Notes under the pieces: generated by a model | The model's input: the letters and a program-made list of their open reading frames with translations, nothing else | What the model was told of the DNA's origin: nothing | The model's database searches: none | Position numbers and translations under genes: made by a program | From: Azolla caroliniana | Lineage: Eukaryota > Plantae > Polypodiophyta | Length of the DNA stretch: 64,000 nt | Assembly (NCBI GenBank): GCA_043228905.1 | Contig: JBHGNT010000018.1 | Span: 11,470,001 to 11,534,000 of the forward strand | Reading direction: 5' to 3' | Shown: positions 50,001 to 61,336 of the stretch, in pieces | Position numbering within the stretch: position 1 is the stretch's first letter | Layout of the letters: each line of letters begins with the position of its first letter

Positions 50001-50990
50001 GGAAATGCATTTAATCTGGGGGGACATGTCTTTTTTTCCGATGTTGTTCAACTCTTGCTGGAGTTGAAGCTTGCATGCCATCATATTGGCGGTGAAAATA
50101 TTCTTGAGACTCTCCCACGCCTCTTTAGGCATCTTGGCATCTCGAATGTGGCTAAGCATGTGATTGTGGACACATGTTGCCAGGCAATACATGACTCGAC
50201 TCGCTGCTTATTCCCATGTTGAGTAGTTGGCATTCTTTGGGTCGGGTCGATTTTCTTGTGCATCGTTGATGTAGCTCCAATACCCTTGGCCGACAAGGTA
50301 TTGGTTCATCGTGTACTCCCAACATGAATAATTTCTCCGGTCTAGATTTTCACTAGGGAGCGAGCTACCCATTTGTGTGTTGATTTTGATGTAGTGTCTT
50401 CCTTTTTCGCTTTTCTTCCTTCGGTCACGTACACGTGCTATGTGGCGACACTACGGTAGCGAATAGCCAGAATTTGTCGTCGGTGTTTCGAACACACAAT
50501 CATGAAGAGTCGGGTGGGCTTAGTGGATGTGCTAAACCAAACACTCTGTATACCATGTTAATAATTAGTTCATTAAGTAGGGTTAATTAGTACCTAATTA
50601 TGTGATTAAGTTAAGTCAAAGATTAAGTGATATGTGTGTGTATGTGTGTGAGAGGAAGAGAGAGAGGAAGTTAACACTTATGAACAACGAGACAAGATGG
50701 GGGATGATTAACTATATTAAAAAGCATCATCAAATACAAAGATACCCACAATGAGGTATATATACATCTCATGTGCAAAGGTGCACATGTGTGAGTAGAA
50801 TATAGGTACAACAGTGTAAGTCCTATATTAAATGAACATGGGAGTGGAGGATCTACAATGTATCCCACTCAAGTACAAAATCTTATTTAAGGCTTTGAGG
50901 TCAACATAGTAACTAGATTCTATCTAGGTAACAACTAAGTTACGTGTGTTGACTAAATGACTAAACTAACTTGAGCTTGATATCTCAACA
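47095..50990 (-). mobile_element. copia I1, LTRs 47095-47534 and 50556-50990, RT/RH deleted
   Basis: Paired LTRs and a degenerate PBS at 50544-50555. gag, WFVDSGASNHMT and INT are present; the sequence jumps from EPES to the RH tail near 47720. No clean TSD. Confidence 0.88.
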
Positions 50991-51566
50991 AGCTGAAAAG
51001 AATCTTGAAGGATCTAGGCATTCCCATCATGGATCTGATTCTCCTTTACTGCGACAACATCAGCAATATTCATCTGTGTCACAATACAATGACATAAAAC
51101 ATAGTTGGTGAAGATTGAACTTACAACCTCACATGAACAATACATCATGCTCAACCATCTTCATATGAGCATTGTATAAGATATATTTGATCTACATATC
51201 ATTGTATAAGATATATATGGTCTAGGTATACTCTCTAGACATCTACAAAGTTCTAGAAAGTTCCAAGCTTCCTGAAGGTTCTAGAATATTCTTCAACTTA
51301 CAGTATAAATACTTGTAACCTTCTTGGTCCCTTTCAAGGGATTCAACACCAGTCATTGACACATCAATCTAGTATTCTCGTTTCGCCTCATCTTTGTCTC
51401 CTTGATCTTTATTTCCGTCTTCATGCCCTCATGTCGCTCACAACATCTAGAGTTTCTAGCCTCGTCACATCTAGCTCCAAGTTCATCCGTCGCTAATAGC
51501 CCCATCATCTATGCTCCGTCCTAGTCCGCGCTTGCTGTGTCTATGACAGTTTGAATCCCTCCCAAT

Positions 51567-52901
51567 TTGAAGCATCACTCGTATTTGTCATCGCCCTTGC
51601 TTTTAGAGTTACCATCATCACCTTCGTTTCTCCTAGAGTTACCGTCATCAACATCCTTTTGTTTCTTATCTTCCTTGACATCTCTATCTCTTAGTTTCTT
51701 CCCATCATTGTCTTTGTCTTTTAATTTCTTCTCATCCTCCACATATCTATCTCCATGTTTCTTATCATCATCATCCCTATCTTTGCACTTCTTATCATCT
51801 TCCACATCCCTATCTTTGCATTTTTTGTCATTGTCATCCTTCTCCCTGTGTTTCCTATCGTTTTCATCTCTATCTATATGTTTCTTATCATCATCATCCA
51901 TATCTGTGTTTCTTATAATCTTCGTCCCTGTCACTATGTTTTCTATCATTCTCTATATCTCTATCTTTGTGTTTCTTTTTATCCTCAACGTCTCGTTCTT
52001 TTTGTTTCTTATCGTCTTCATCTATTTCTTTGTTTCCATCATTGCCATAGTCACAGTCATTGATCTGGACCGTACATGGTCGCTCATGTCCGTTTATGTT
52101 CGTGTCTCCGATGAGGACCGTACAGGGTCGCTCACGTCCGCTGGTGTTCGTGTCTCCAGTGAGGACCGTACATGGTTTCTCATGCCCATTGGTGTTCCAG
52201 TTCTCAGTGAGGACTGTACATGGTCGTTCACGTCCATTGGTGTTCCAGTTCTCAGTGAGGACCGTACATGGTCGCTCACGTCCGTCGATGTTCGTGTCTC
52301 CAGTGAGGACCACACATGGTCGCTCACGCCCTTTGGTGTTTGTGTTCCCAGTGAGGACCTCACATGGTGTCTCACGCCCTTTGGGGTTAGCGTTCCCAAT
52401 GAGGACCTCACATGGTCGCTCACGTTTGTTGGTGTTCGTGTCTCCGGTGAGGACCGCACATGGTCGTTCACGCCCGTTGGTGTTCCAGTTCCCGGTGAGG
52501 ATCGTACATGGTCGTTCACGCCCGTTGGTGTTCCAGTTCCCGGTGAGGATCGTACATGGTCGCTCACGTACGTTGGTGTTCTAGTTCCCGGTGAGGACTA
52601 CAAATGGTCACTCATGCCCGTTGGTGTTCTAGTTCCCGGTGAGGACTACACATGGTCGCTCATGCCCGTTGGTGTTCGTGTCTCCTGTGAGGACCTCATG
52701 TGGTCGCTCACGCCCGTTGGTGTTTGTGTCTCCGGTGAGGACCATACATGCTCACTCACACCCGTTGCTGCTTCAATTCCTGATGAGAACCATGCATGGT
52801 CGCTCACGTTCAGTCGTGCACATGGTCAACCACTCCTCCACCTACTCCGGTTTTCTCTTTCAGTTCACCCCTACACCATGCTTCCAAAAAGGCGGCCGTA
52901 A
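51567..52901 (+). CDS. 444-codon ORF of unknown function (F/L/S-rich half plus 16-aa repeats); coding status uncertain
   Basis: Open from just after the PBS to the PPT, with a TTG start; repeat unit EDRTWSLTPVGVRVSG. Confidence 0.35.
   Translation: MKHHSYLSSPLLLELPSSPSFLLELPSSTSFCFLSSLTSLSLSFFPSLSLSFNFFSSSTYLSPCFLSSSSLSLHFLSSSTSLSLHFLSLSSFSLCFLSFSSLSICFLSSSSISVFLIIFVPVTMFSIILYISIFVFLFILNVSFFLFLIVFIYFFVSIIAIVTVIDLDRTWSLMSVYVRVSDEDRTGSLTSAGVRVSSEDRTWFLMPIGVPVLSEDCTWSFTSIGVPVLSEDRTWSLTSVDVRVSSEDHTWSLTPFGVCVPSEDLTWCLTPFGVSVPNEDLTWSLTFVGVRVSGEDRTWSFTPVGVPVPGEDRTWSFTPVGVPVPGEDRTWSLTYVGVLVPGEDYKWSLMPVGVLVPGEDYTWSLMPVGVRVSCEDLMWSLTPVGVCVSGEDHTCSLTPVAASIPDENHAWSLTFSRAHGQPLLHLLRFSLSVHPYTMLPKRRP
52065..52810. 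repeat. 48-bp tandem repeat, ~16 units
   Basis: GAGGACCGTACATGGTCGCTCACGCCCGTTGGTGTTCGTGTCTCCGGT-like units recurring every 48 bp (52113, 52161 ... 52785). Confidence 0.93.
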
Positions 52902-53965
52902 AGGGGGGGGGCGGGTATATGACAACAGTCATGTCAAGATTCGAACTCTTCACCTCTTGTATATAGTCAAGTGTTATGTTCTAACCAACACATCCAAATA
53001 CATAGTCATGTTATGTATATCTTAGTATATTATTACTAGATTATCTATTTCAAGTTGCGGGAGTTTTTAGAAAGTTCTAGAACTAGAAGGTTCTAGGTTC
53101 TCGAATATTCTCCAGAATATTGTAATGCATGTACTTCAACTCGTAGTATAAATACTTATAACCTCCTTAGTCCCTTTCAAGGGATTCAACGCCAGTCATT
53201 GACACGTCAATCTAGTATTCTTGTTTAGTCCCATCTGCTCTCCTTGATTTACATCTCTGTCTTTATGCTCTTGTATTGTTCCTAGTGTCTTAAGTTCCTC
53301 ATATCTTCACTCCCAACTTCCCAAGTTTCTATCCTCATCATGTCAAGTTCCACGTTCATAACCTTATTGGTCGTAGTCTCGTCATCTATGTATGCTTTGT
53401 CGTAGTCTAGGGTTGTTGTGTCCATGACAATCTGGCTCGGAACCCAATCTTCCACGCTTGAACCAAGCACATTGAGGTGCACTATCACTACATCTGAGAG
53501 CGTGTCCTGGCCAGAGATGTCTTTCTGCAACACATCACCACGCACCTGTAGACGGTCGACATCTTCACGAAGGCCTTGGGAGCCAACAAGCTACGATAAT
53601 TCACGATGAACCTAGGTCTTTCTATTGCCAACTAGCTGAGCTCGAGGGGGAGTATGGATAAGGAGCCGAAGTCGAACGGAGTAGAACAAACACAAGAATG
53701 AACCGATTACTCATAGCCGAAGCCAGAGAGCCGCCTATCGAAGCCGATCCGAAGATCAGTCTGAACCAACTATCCGGTGACCGGAAGTTGTGTTTGAGGG
53801 GCATGGTTAGAATCAAACTCAACTTCCCTAGTGTGGGAAGACACCTCACTATACTCAAGCATCTGAAAAACCCACCTCCTAGTATATAGTAACTAGTGTG
53901 TCATAGAACTTTAAGCCTTATGACATATATTTCATAAGTAGTTAAGACCCCACTTCTTTCCCAAG

Positions 53966-54011
53966 TGTAAAGAAAGAAAGGCGTAGATGGTGCTATGTAG
54001 CGGAAATAAGC

Positions 54012-54052
<41 letters not shown>

Positions 54053-57000
54053 ACGTGATGCAACACAGAGAGAGAGAGAGCTCTAAACAAGAAAATTATA
54101 TATTACATCCGACAGTTACTCAGTTACAAAAGGTTTGTTTAAATACCAACTAGTCTAGGGCAAATGCCCTTTCTACTAATTAAAAATCTATCCTAGTAAG
54201 TTGTCCACTAACTAGTGTGAACACTATCCCTATGGGAAGTTGAGTTGTTGCGATTCAATCTTCGAAAACTTCGATTCGGCTTAATCGACTTTCAGTTTTT
54301 CGCCCGAATATCCGAATCGGCTTTCGGTTTTGCTGTCCGGTGGTCAGCGATTACTGATGTTTGACAGTATTTTCAGTACTCCCCCTCAAGCTCGGCAATG
54401 TAGATATCGTGAGACCGAGGTCCGTCATAAATTGTCCAAGCTTGTTGATTCCTAAGGCCTTAGTGAAGCTGTCAGCAACCTATAGATTCGTGTTGATGTG
54501 TTGTAAATCGACATTTGGAAGCCGATTTGGTGAAGATACTGGGTGATCTTCAAATGCCAAGCACGTGGTGCTTGCTTAAGCCCGTAGAGTGCCTTCTTTA
54601 GTCTACAGACTACTTTCGGATGATTTTTCAATTCGAAACCGGGGGGTTGAATCACACCGAGAAGGAAGGTGTTCTTTATGTCCATCTGATGGAGAGGCCA
54701 CCCTTCACCATTGTGAGTGCAATAATTGTCCGCACCATTGCCGTCTTTGCCAACGGGGCAAAGGTCTCCGCGTAATCGACGTCATGCGTTTGTGCATATC
54801 CTTTTGTGACGTGTCGAGCTTTGAAGAGATTTATTGAGCCATCGGCATTGTATTTGACCTTATAGATCCATTTGCAACCAATCGCTTTCTAGTGAGGTGA
54901 ATGGGGAACCAGATCCCATGTCTCGTTTTTGCAAGTCCTTCACGCCTGCATTTCTTCATTCATCGCATCGACCCATCATAGGTCCTCACGGCTTCAGAAA
55001 ATGTTTCCGGCACTCAGAGAGTTGCTACCTTCATCATAAAGGCGTAATGATACGCCATGTACTCATCGTAGCTAAATCGGCTTACAAGTTCGTTTCACGG
55101 GTGGACCGACATAGCTTCTCATTCTCAGAGACTAATGCTTTCTTCACCGGATGTTGAGGCCTTCGAACTCACTGTCGAGGGAGTGAGTTGACTCATTGTC
55201 CATTAGGTCTTCGTATTCTAGCATTTTGGCCTTCCCCTTGTCTAGCTTTGGAGTCGGCCGAGATGTGTTGTGGTCACTCGGAGGCTCTTGTGGGCCACTC
55301 AGCCTTGTCGTAAGCAGGTTGTCTTCGTACATGTGTCCGAGTCTATCTTCTTCTTGTATCTCTTGTTCGGCTAATTCTGGATCGAACTAAGTCAAGGTTG
55401 AAGTTGTCTCTAGTGCCTACCAAGATGCTAACTCGTCGAAAACGACATCTTGAATCACACGAACCTTTCGAGTAGAGGGGTTATAGCACTTGTACCCCTT
55501 TTGCTCTAGTGAATATCCTACGAAGATACATTTCCTCGACTTTGGGTTGAGCTTTTGTCACTTCTCATCGGGAATGTGCATGTATGCAAGGGAGCCAAAA
55601 ATTCTAACATGTGAGAGGTCTGGCTTCCTTCCAAAGAACTTCTCATGTGGGGTTACATCATGTACCCCCAACGTTGTAGACCTGTTCATGAGGTATAAGG
55701 TTGTGTTAGCCACTTCTGCCCAGTACGATTTCGGTAGGTTCTTCTCATTCATCATTGCCCATGCAACCTCTACTATGTGCCGATTCTTTCGCTCGGTTAT
55801 GCCGTTTTGCTAAGGTGTGTGCTCGCATGAGAGTTCTCGTCGTATTCCTTCCTTTCGGAGATATGTCGTAAACTCGTCTGATCAAAGGCAGCGTACGTGC
55901 TGACCCGTGGCTTTTTCGACTTGGTTTTTGAACCTTTGGAAGTGGCCGAACACTTCGCTCTTCTGTCTCCTCGAGTAGATCCGGGTGTGCCTGGAGAAGT
56001 GGTCGATGAACGTGACATAGTATTGGCAACCACCAAATGTTGCCATCTAGGCTAGTCCCCACACATCTGAATGTACTACATCCAGGATCCCTTTGCTTAC
56101 ATTCCTCTCTTTCGGGAATGGATGTCAGTGTTGTTTTCTGAATTGGCATGCCCCGCATACGCTCATATTCTCCTTCTCGGTAAAGTTTGGGAGTCCGATT
56201 ACGACTCCTTTCGATTGCATGTTTTGGATCTTTTGGAGATTGATGTGGCCGATTCTCTTGTGCCACAGTTTCAAGTCGGTTTCGACTTTGAGGCCTTTCT
56301 CTAACATAGCCGATTTCACTTCTTTCAATTCGAGGATAAACATCATGCCTTCTCGGCGACCGTGAGCGATGAGGCGGCCTTCTTTTTCAATGAAACACCC
56401 TTCATCATTGAACCACACTTGCATCCCTTGTTCGACAATCTGGCCTACCGAGACCAAGTTTTTAGTGATAGTTGGGACATGCAAGACATTTTTGAGGTAG
56501 GTTTGTTTGTCTTCGTTCCCGAATGGGATGTTTCCGATGTGCCGTATTGAATGAGTCATGTCATCACATGTTTCAACATAACTGGGCCAATTGGGCTTTC
56601 GTAATTCTTAGAACCAATCTTCATGGGTCGTCATATGATTGGATGCTCCCGAGTCAACAAACCATACATTATTTGAGGTTGAGGTGCTTGTCTCACCTTG
56701 TGTAGACATTGAATGCGCCTTGTGCTGCATCATAAACATTCTGCAATGATCATCGTAGTCGGAATTCAAGGTGTAATTCGTAAGTTGTCAGTTGGTCAAT
56801 GCTGAGTCTCGTATCTTTTTTCGGCACTCCTCTTCATAGTGGCCGAGTGTTCCACAATACCCACATTCGATCAGGTTGTTACGATTGCTCGGTCCAAGAT
56901 GATAGCTCCCCCTTCTATCGAACTCTTTGCCATTGCTCCTATCGTCTTGCCATTGGTGAGAGTTGCGTTCTCGGGTCAACTGACCCTGTCACCCGCGGCC

Positions 57001-57828
57001 AAATCGACCTCTATTTCCTCGGACAAATCCTCTTCTATCATCTGATTGTGAGTAGATCATCTGACCATCCGATGCATTGCTCCTTTGTTGGGCATGGTTT
57101 TCTTCCACCAATAATATCGATTGAAGGTTGAAAAAGGAAGGTGGGTTCTCCCTTGCGAGAATGGCCGATCTAATCATGCCGAATCATGGTGCTAAGCCAT
57201 CGAGGCATATTTGCACCATTTCGTCATCATCGATGATGACATTGATCGATCTGAGGGCATCACACAACTCCTTGATCTTCAAGGTATAGCAAGTGATCGA
57301 CATATCCCTCTGTTGCATGTTGTTTAGCTCTTATCGAAGTTGGAGCTTTCATGCAGCCGTATTGGCCGCAAAAATCTTCTTGAGATTTCCCCAAGCTTCT
57401 CTCAGCGTTTTCGAATCTCGAATATAGCCAAGCATGTGGTCATGAATGCATGATGCAAGGCAGTACAACACATGGCTCGAGGCCTGCTCCCACGCTAGGG
57501 GTAGTCGGCGTGTGTCGGGTTGGGTTGCATTTCGTGAGCTCCCTCGATGTAGCTCCAGTAACCTTGTCCGACAAGGTACTGATACATCTTGTACTCCCAA
57601 GATGCGAAGTTTGTTCTATTGAGCTTCTCAATGGGAAGAGTGCTTCCCATCTAGGTGTTAATTGTCGAACTTCTTCTCTGTTGCTTGAACCGGTTCTGAT
57701 GATCGTCGGTGTTGTGATCACCACACAGTTGAGCAAGTTTGATCAGACAACCACACACTCTAATACCGTGTAAAGAAAGAAACACATAGATGTGTGTGTG
57801 TGTGTGCGCGCGCACGTGCATATGATGC

Positions 57829-57911
<83 letters not shown>

Positions 57912-58089
57912 CTAAACAAGAAAACTGTATATATTACATTCAACAGTTACTCAGTTACAAAAGGTTGGTTTTAATACCAACTAGTCTAGGGAAAATGCCC
58001 TTTCTACTAATTACAAATCTATCCTAGTAAGTTGTCCACTAACTAGTGTGAACACTCTCCCTATGGGAAGTTGAGTTCAATTCGCAACA
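53966..58089 (-). mobile_element. decayed copia K, LTRs 53966-~54378 and 57769-58089
   Basis: Perfect TSD CCAAG, PBS CTCTAATACCG at 57758-57768, PPT at 54379. gag CGYCGTLGHYEEEC and INT present; most of RT/RH deleted near 54510. LTRs contain (GT)n(GA)n. Confidence 0.9.
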
Positions 58090-58186
58090 CCAAGAGGCAG
58101 TTCTAGAGAGAGAACTCAAAGAGAATGTGACTACATAAGCACCTTCTCCTTCTCTTTGTAATTGTTGCTTTTTTATTATTGCTTCT

Positions 58187-58738
58187 TGTCGAGATTCAAA
58201 CCTCTAATCTATGAGAAAAATTAACTCGGAAATACACAATACACGTGGAAACAGCAAATGCACAGTACACAGTGATTTACGTGGAAACCCTAAATGGGGA
58301 AAACCATGGGAACATAGATTCCACTATATAGGGAGAAGTACAAGGTGAGATCACATAATACAACACTCCAGGATCGAGTGTATCCACCACACAGGGCCCT
58401 TGGCATCCAAGCTCTCTTAGCTATGGCACCACTCTCTTTCTCACTCTCTCTGCACTATCGTTAACCCCAAAAGGGGAGGATCACTCATAGTTCTCTTCTA
58501 CTCTCTACTCTCTACACATCTACTCTCGTTTGCCCGAATTTATACTAATACATAGAATGGGCTATATGCAATCATGGCCATTATCATTATCTAATAATAA
58601 TAATAATCTTATTAATCAGTTGATTCATTTATCGACTGTCGGTCAGTCCGATTAGTCAGCCTGGTCATCGACCTCGACTGTCGACTCTTCTCGGTCTGAA
58701 TAGTCGGCTCCTCCCACTGGAGGGACATGTTCCCAACA
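58187..58738 (-). mobile_element. solo LTR (copia-type)
   Basis: TGTCGAGA...TCCCAACA with perfect TSD CTTCT; has a CGTGGAAACCC motif like the A-family LTRs. Confidence 0.88.
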
Positions 58739-58779
58739 CTTCTTGTTAATACAATTTTGTTGTTTTTTGTATACATTGT

Positions 58780-58857
<78 letters not shown>

Positions 58858-58894
58858 CTCTTCCACTGCATAGAATCACTCTCGATTCTTTACA

Positions 58895-60402
58895 CCTTCC
58901 ATCTCCAACTCCCAAAGACTCCGAACCGATTATTGGGGATGAGGTCATTGAGGCTAGCTTAGTTGGAGAAGGGGAGGAATCTAGACTTTCGAATAGTCTG
59001 ATTTTTGTCCGGTTCAGTGGACTGAATCCGGATTGGTTGAGCTAGGGTGGCCAGCCAGATGAGAAGTCGGCGAGCAGCAAAGACTCTACCCGATAGTCCC
59101 CGATGAGACAGCATACGTGCAAGGAGAATGGGCCAAAGCAAATTTTTCGTGGCCAAGACCGAAGATGGACCTCCAGAATTGAGGTCGAAATCGGCCAAGA
59201 GGGCCATGAAACAAAAGCTATGTTGATCCACCTACCAAAAGAACCCTGTAATCCGGTACAGGTACAATGAGTATATGACGCATCACTATGCGTATATAGT
59301 GAAGGGGTGACATTTACATCAAATGGATGTAAAGAATATGTTCCTACAAGGCAAGCTTGAGGAACATGTGTACATGGTACAACCCACCGGATTTCTATAC
59401 GAGATGAATACATCGACAATTTGCCGACTAAAGAAGTCACTTTACGAACTTAAGCAAGCCCCAAGAGCCTGGAACACAAAGATCACGTAGAGATTGTGTT
59501 AGATGGGTTTTGTTCCATCTAAGTCAAATACTTCCTTGTTTATTTGGCATGGTCAGTTTAGGATTGATAAGCATACTACTTTATGTGGATGACTTGGTCA
59601 TCGCCAGCGCCGACATGGAAGAAGTTGGCCGTGTAAAGTCCCAGCTTGCCGCATCATTCGATATGAAGAATCTAGGGGACCTTCATTACTTCCTCGGGAT
59701 CGAAGTGATCTACACCCCGGAAGGCATACTGATCACTATGCTCTTCAAGTTCAAAATGATGGGCTGCAAATCTGTCTCAACTCCTCTCAATCAAAACGTG
59801 AAGCTTCGCAAAGATCGGGAATGGCATGTGATGCGACATGGTTCCGACAGATAGTCGGAAGCTTGATATATCTGACCATCACCCGGCTGGAGCTCAGCTA
59901 TCCGGTCGGACTAATCAGTCAATTTATGTTGCAGTCAACATCCGACCACCATCATTGTGCGCATCGAATCTTGTGATATGTGAGAGACACGAAGGATAGA
60001 GGTTGTTGGACAATTAGTCGGCTACATGGATGTCAATTGGGCCGAAAATGTTGGCGATCATAGGGCAACATCTGGTTTTGTGTTTTCACTTGGAAGCATT
60101 GTGATCACTTGGTGCAACAGCCGATATTGGCCCTATCGAGCATCAAGGGTGAATACAAAGCGGTTGTCGCAACATGCTAAGCCATATGGTGCAAGGGGCT
60201 TCTAAGTGATATACAGATGGAGGTGTCCAAGCCAACAGTCATATACTGTGACAACCTCTACAACATCCAGTTAGCGAAGAACCCCGTCTTCCATGCTTGC
60301 ACAAAGCACATTGAGGTGCATTATGATTTTTTTCGTGAGAAAGTTCTCTTCCGTGAAGTCGAACTTGTATATGTTTCGACAAATCGGCAAGTTGCCGATA
60401 TC
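58895..60402 (+). mobile_element. degenerate copia M (C-like) linker, RT, RH
   Basis: LLYVDDLVI and [17 protein letters not shown]...RQVADI, cut by the A3 LTR. Confidence 0.82.
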
Positions 60403-60408
60403 TAAAAG

Positions 60409-61072
60409 TGTTGAGAACTCGACGTTCCTTATGTCCGACGCTCGGCCACAATCGAGATTCTTTTCATACACAGAAAAACAGGTAATGAAACGCGACACAA
60501 AGGGGAGAAATGGTACACAGGAGGTTTACGTGGAAAACCCCAAAATAGGGGAAAAACCACGGCAGCCCACAGGCTGCAAACTGTCACTATGTAGGAATAT
60601 ACAACAGTGAGTTCACTGAGGCAACGACCTCGTGCTCTCAGATCTTCGCCACACGCGGCGGTTACAACAGAGGCAACGACCTCGTCTCTCTCTCTCTCTC
60701 TCTCTGTACAGTTACGTGCTCTCGCTTCTTCTTGCACCAACAAGGAAGAATAACAACAACAAAAACGACACACCTAAAAGTTTGCCCTAAGTCATATTTA
60801 TACTAATATGACTTTTCGGCTATTTACAAATGTAGCCTCGATGGGCTCTCAGAAACATATTTACGAATGTCTCTTCCTCCGGTTCATACCGGGCCTGCAC
60901 CATCCGGCTCTCCGTAGTCGGGTACTCCCCATCCGGTTCATACCGGGCCTACACCATCCGGCTCTCCGCATCGGGTACTCCCCATCCGGTTCATACCGTT
61001 TCGGCCTCGGCCGAGTTTGTTCGTCGGCACTGCTCTTCTCCCTTCCCATTCGGAGGGACCTGTCTCCCAACA
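60409..61072 (-). mobile_element. solo LTR of the A1 subfamily
   Basis: TGTTGAGA...CTCCCAACA with perfect TSD AAAAG; reverse complement of 623-1283. Confidence 0.93.
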
Positions 61073-61304
61073 AAAAGGAATAGTGTCGGCCACAACCGAG
61101 TCTCAATCAAACAATGGAAGAAAACAGAAAACATAAATGAGACAACACAGGATGTTAACGTGGAAAACCCTAAATAGGGAAAACACCACAGGAGCCCATA
61201 GACTCTAACTATCACTATGAGAGAAGAAGGGCACAATGGTATGAGACTCAGAGGCAACGACCTCGAGCTCTGTCTTTACCAATCGGCGGTTACAACAGAA
61301 AATG

Positions 61305-61336
<32 letters not shown>

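Larger units (their letters stand above)
51077..53429 (+). mobile_element. non-autonomous LTR element J with self-priming-type PBS and repeat cargo
   Basis: Perfect TSD ATCTG, TGTCAC...ATGACA ends, LTRs 51077-51548 and ~52918-53429, PPT AAAGGGGGGGGG at 52900. No gag/pol motifs. Confidence 0.85.
45513..58894 (+). mobile_element. copia E 3' half (RT, RH, 3' LTR ~53804-58894) hosting five nested insertions
   Basis: VYMVQPPGF at 45513, YVDDLVI near 46434, TCEAV/WLKRIL across I1, NIHL/ARNPIFH across J. The LTR is split by K and a solo LTR. Confidence 0.8.

Noticed and set aside
52065-52810. 48-bp periodic array as a CRISPR array
   Set aside because: Units are contiguous with no unique spacers, there are no cas genes, and the context is a eukaryotic LTR element.
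57791-57910. (GT)n(GA)n and other microsatellite ORFs (ERERER, SLSLSL)
   Set aside because: They are simple repeats inside LTRs, not coding.
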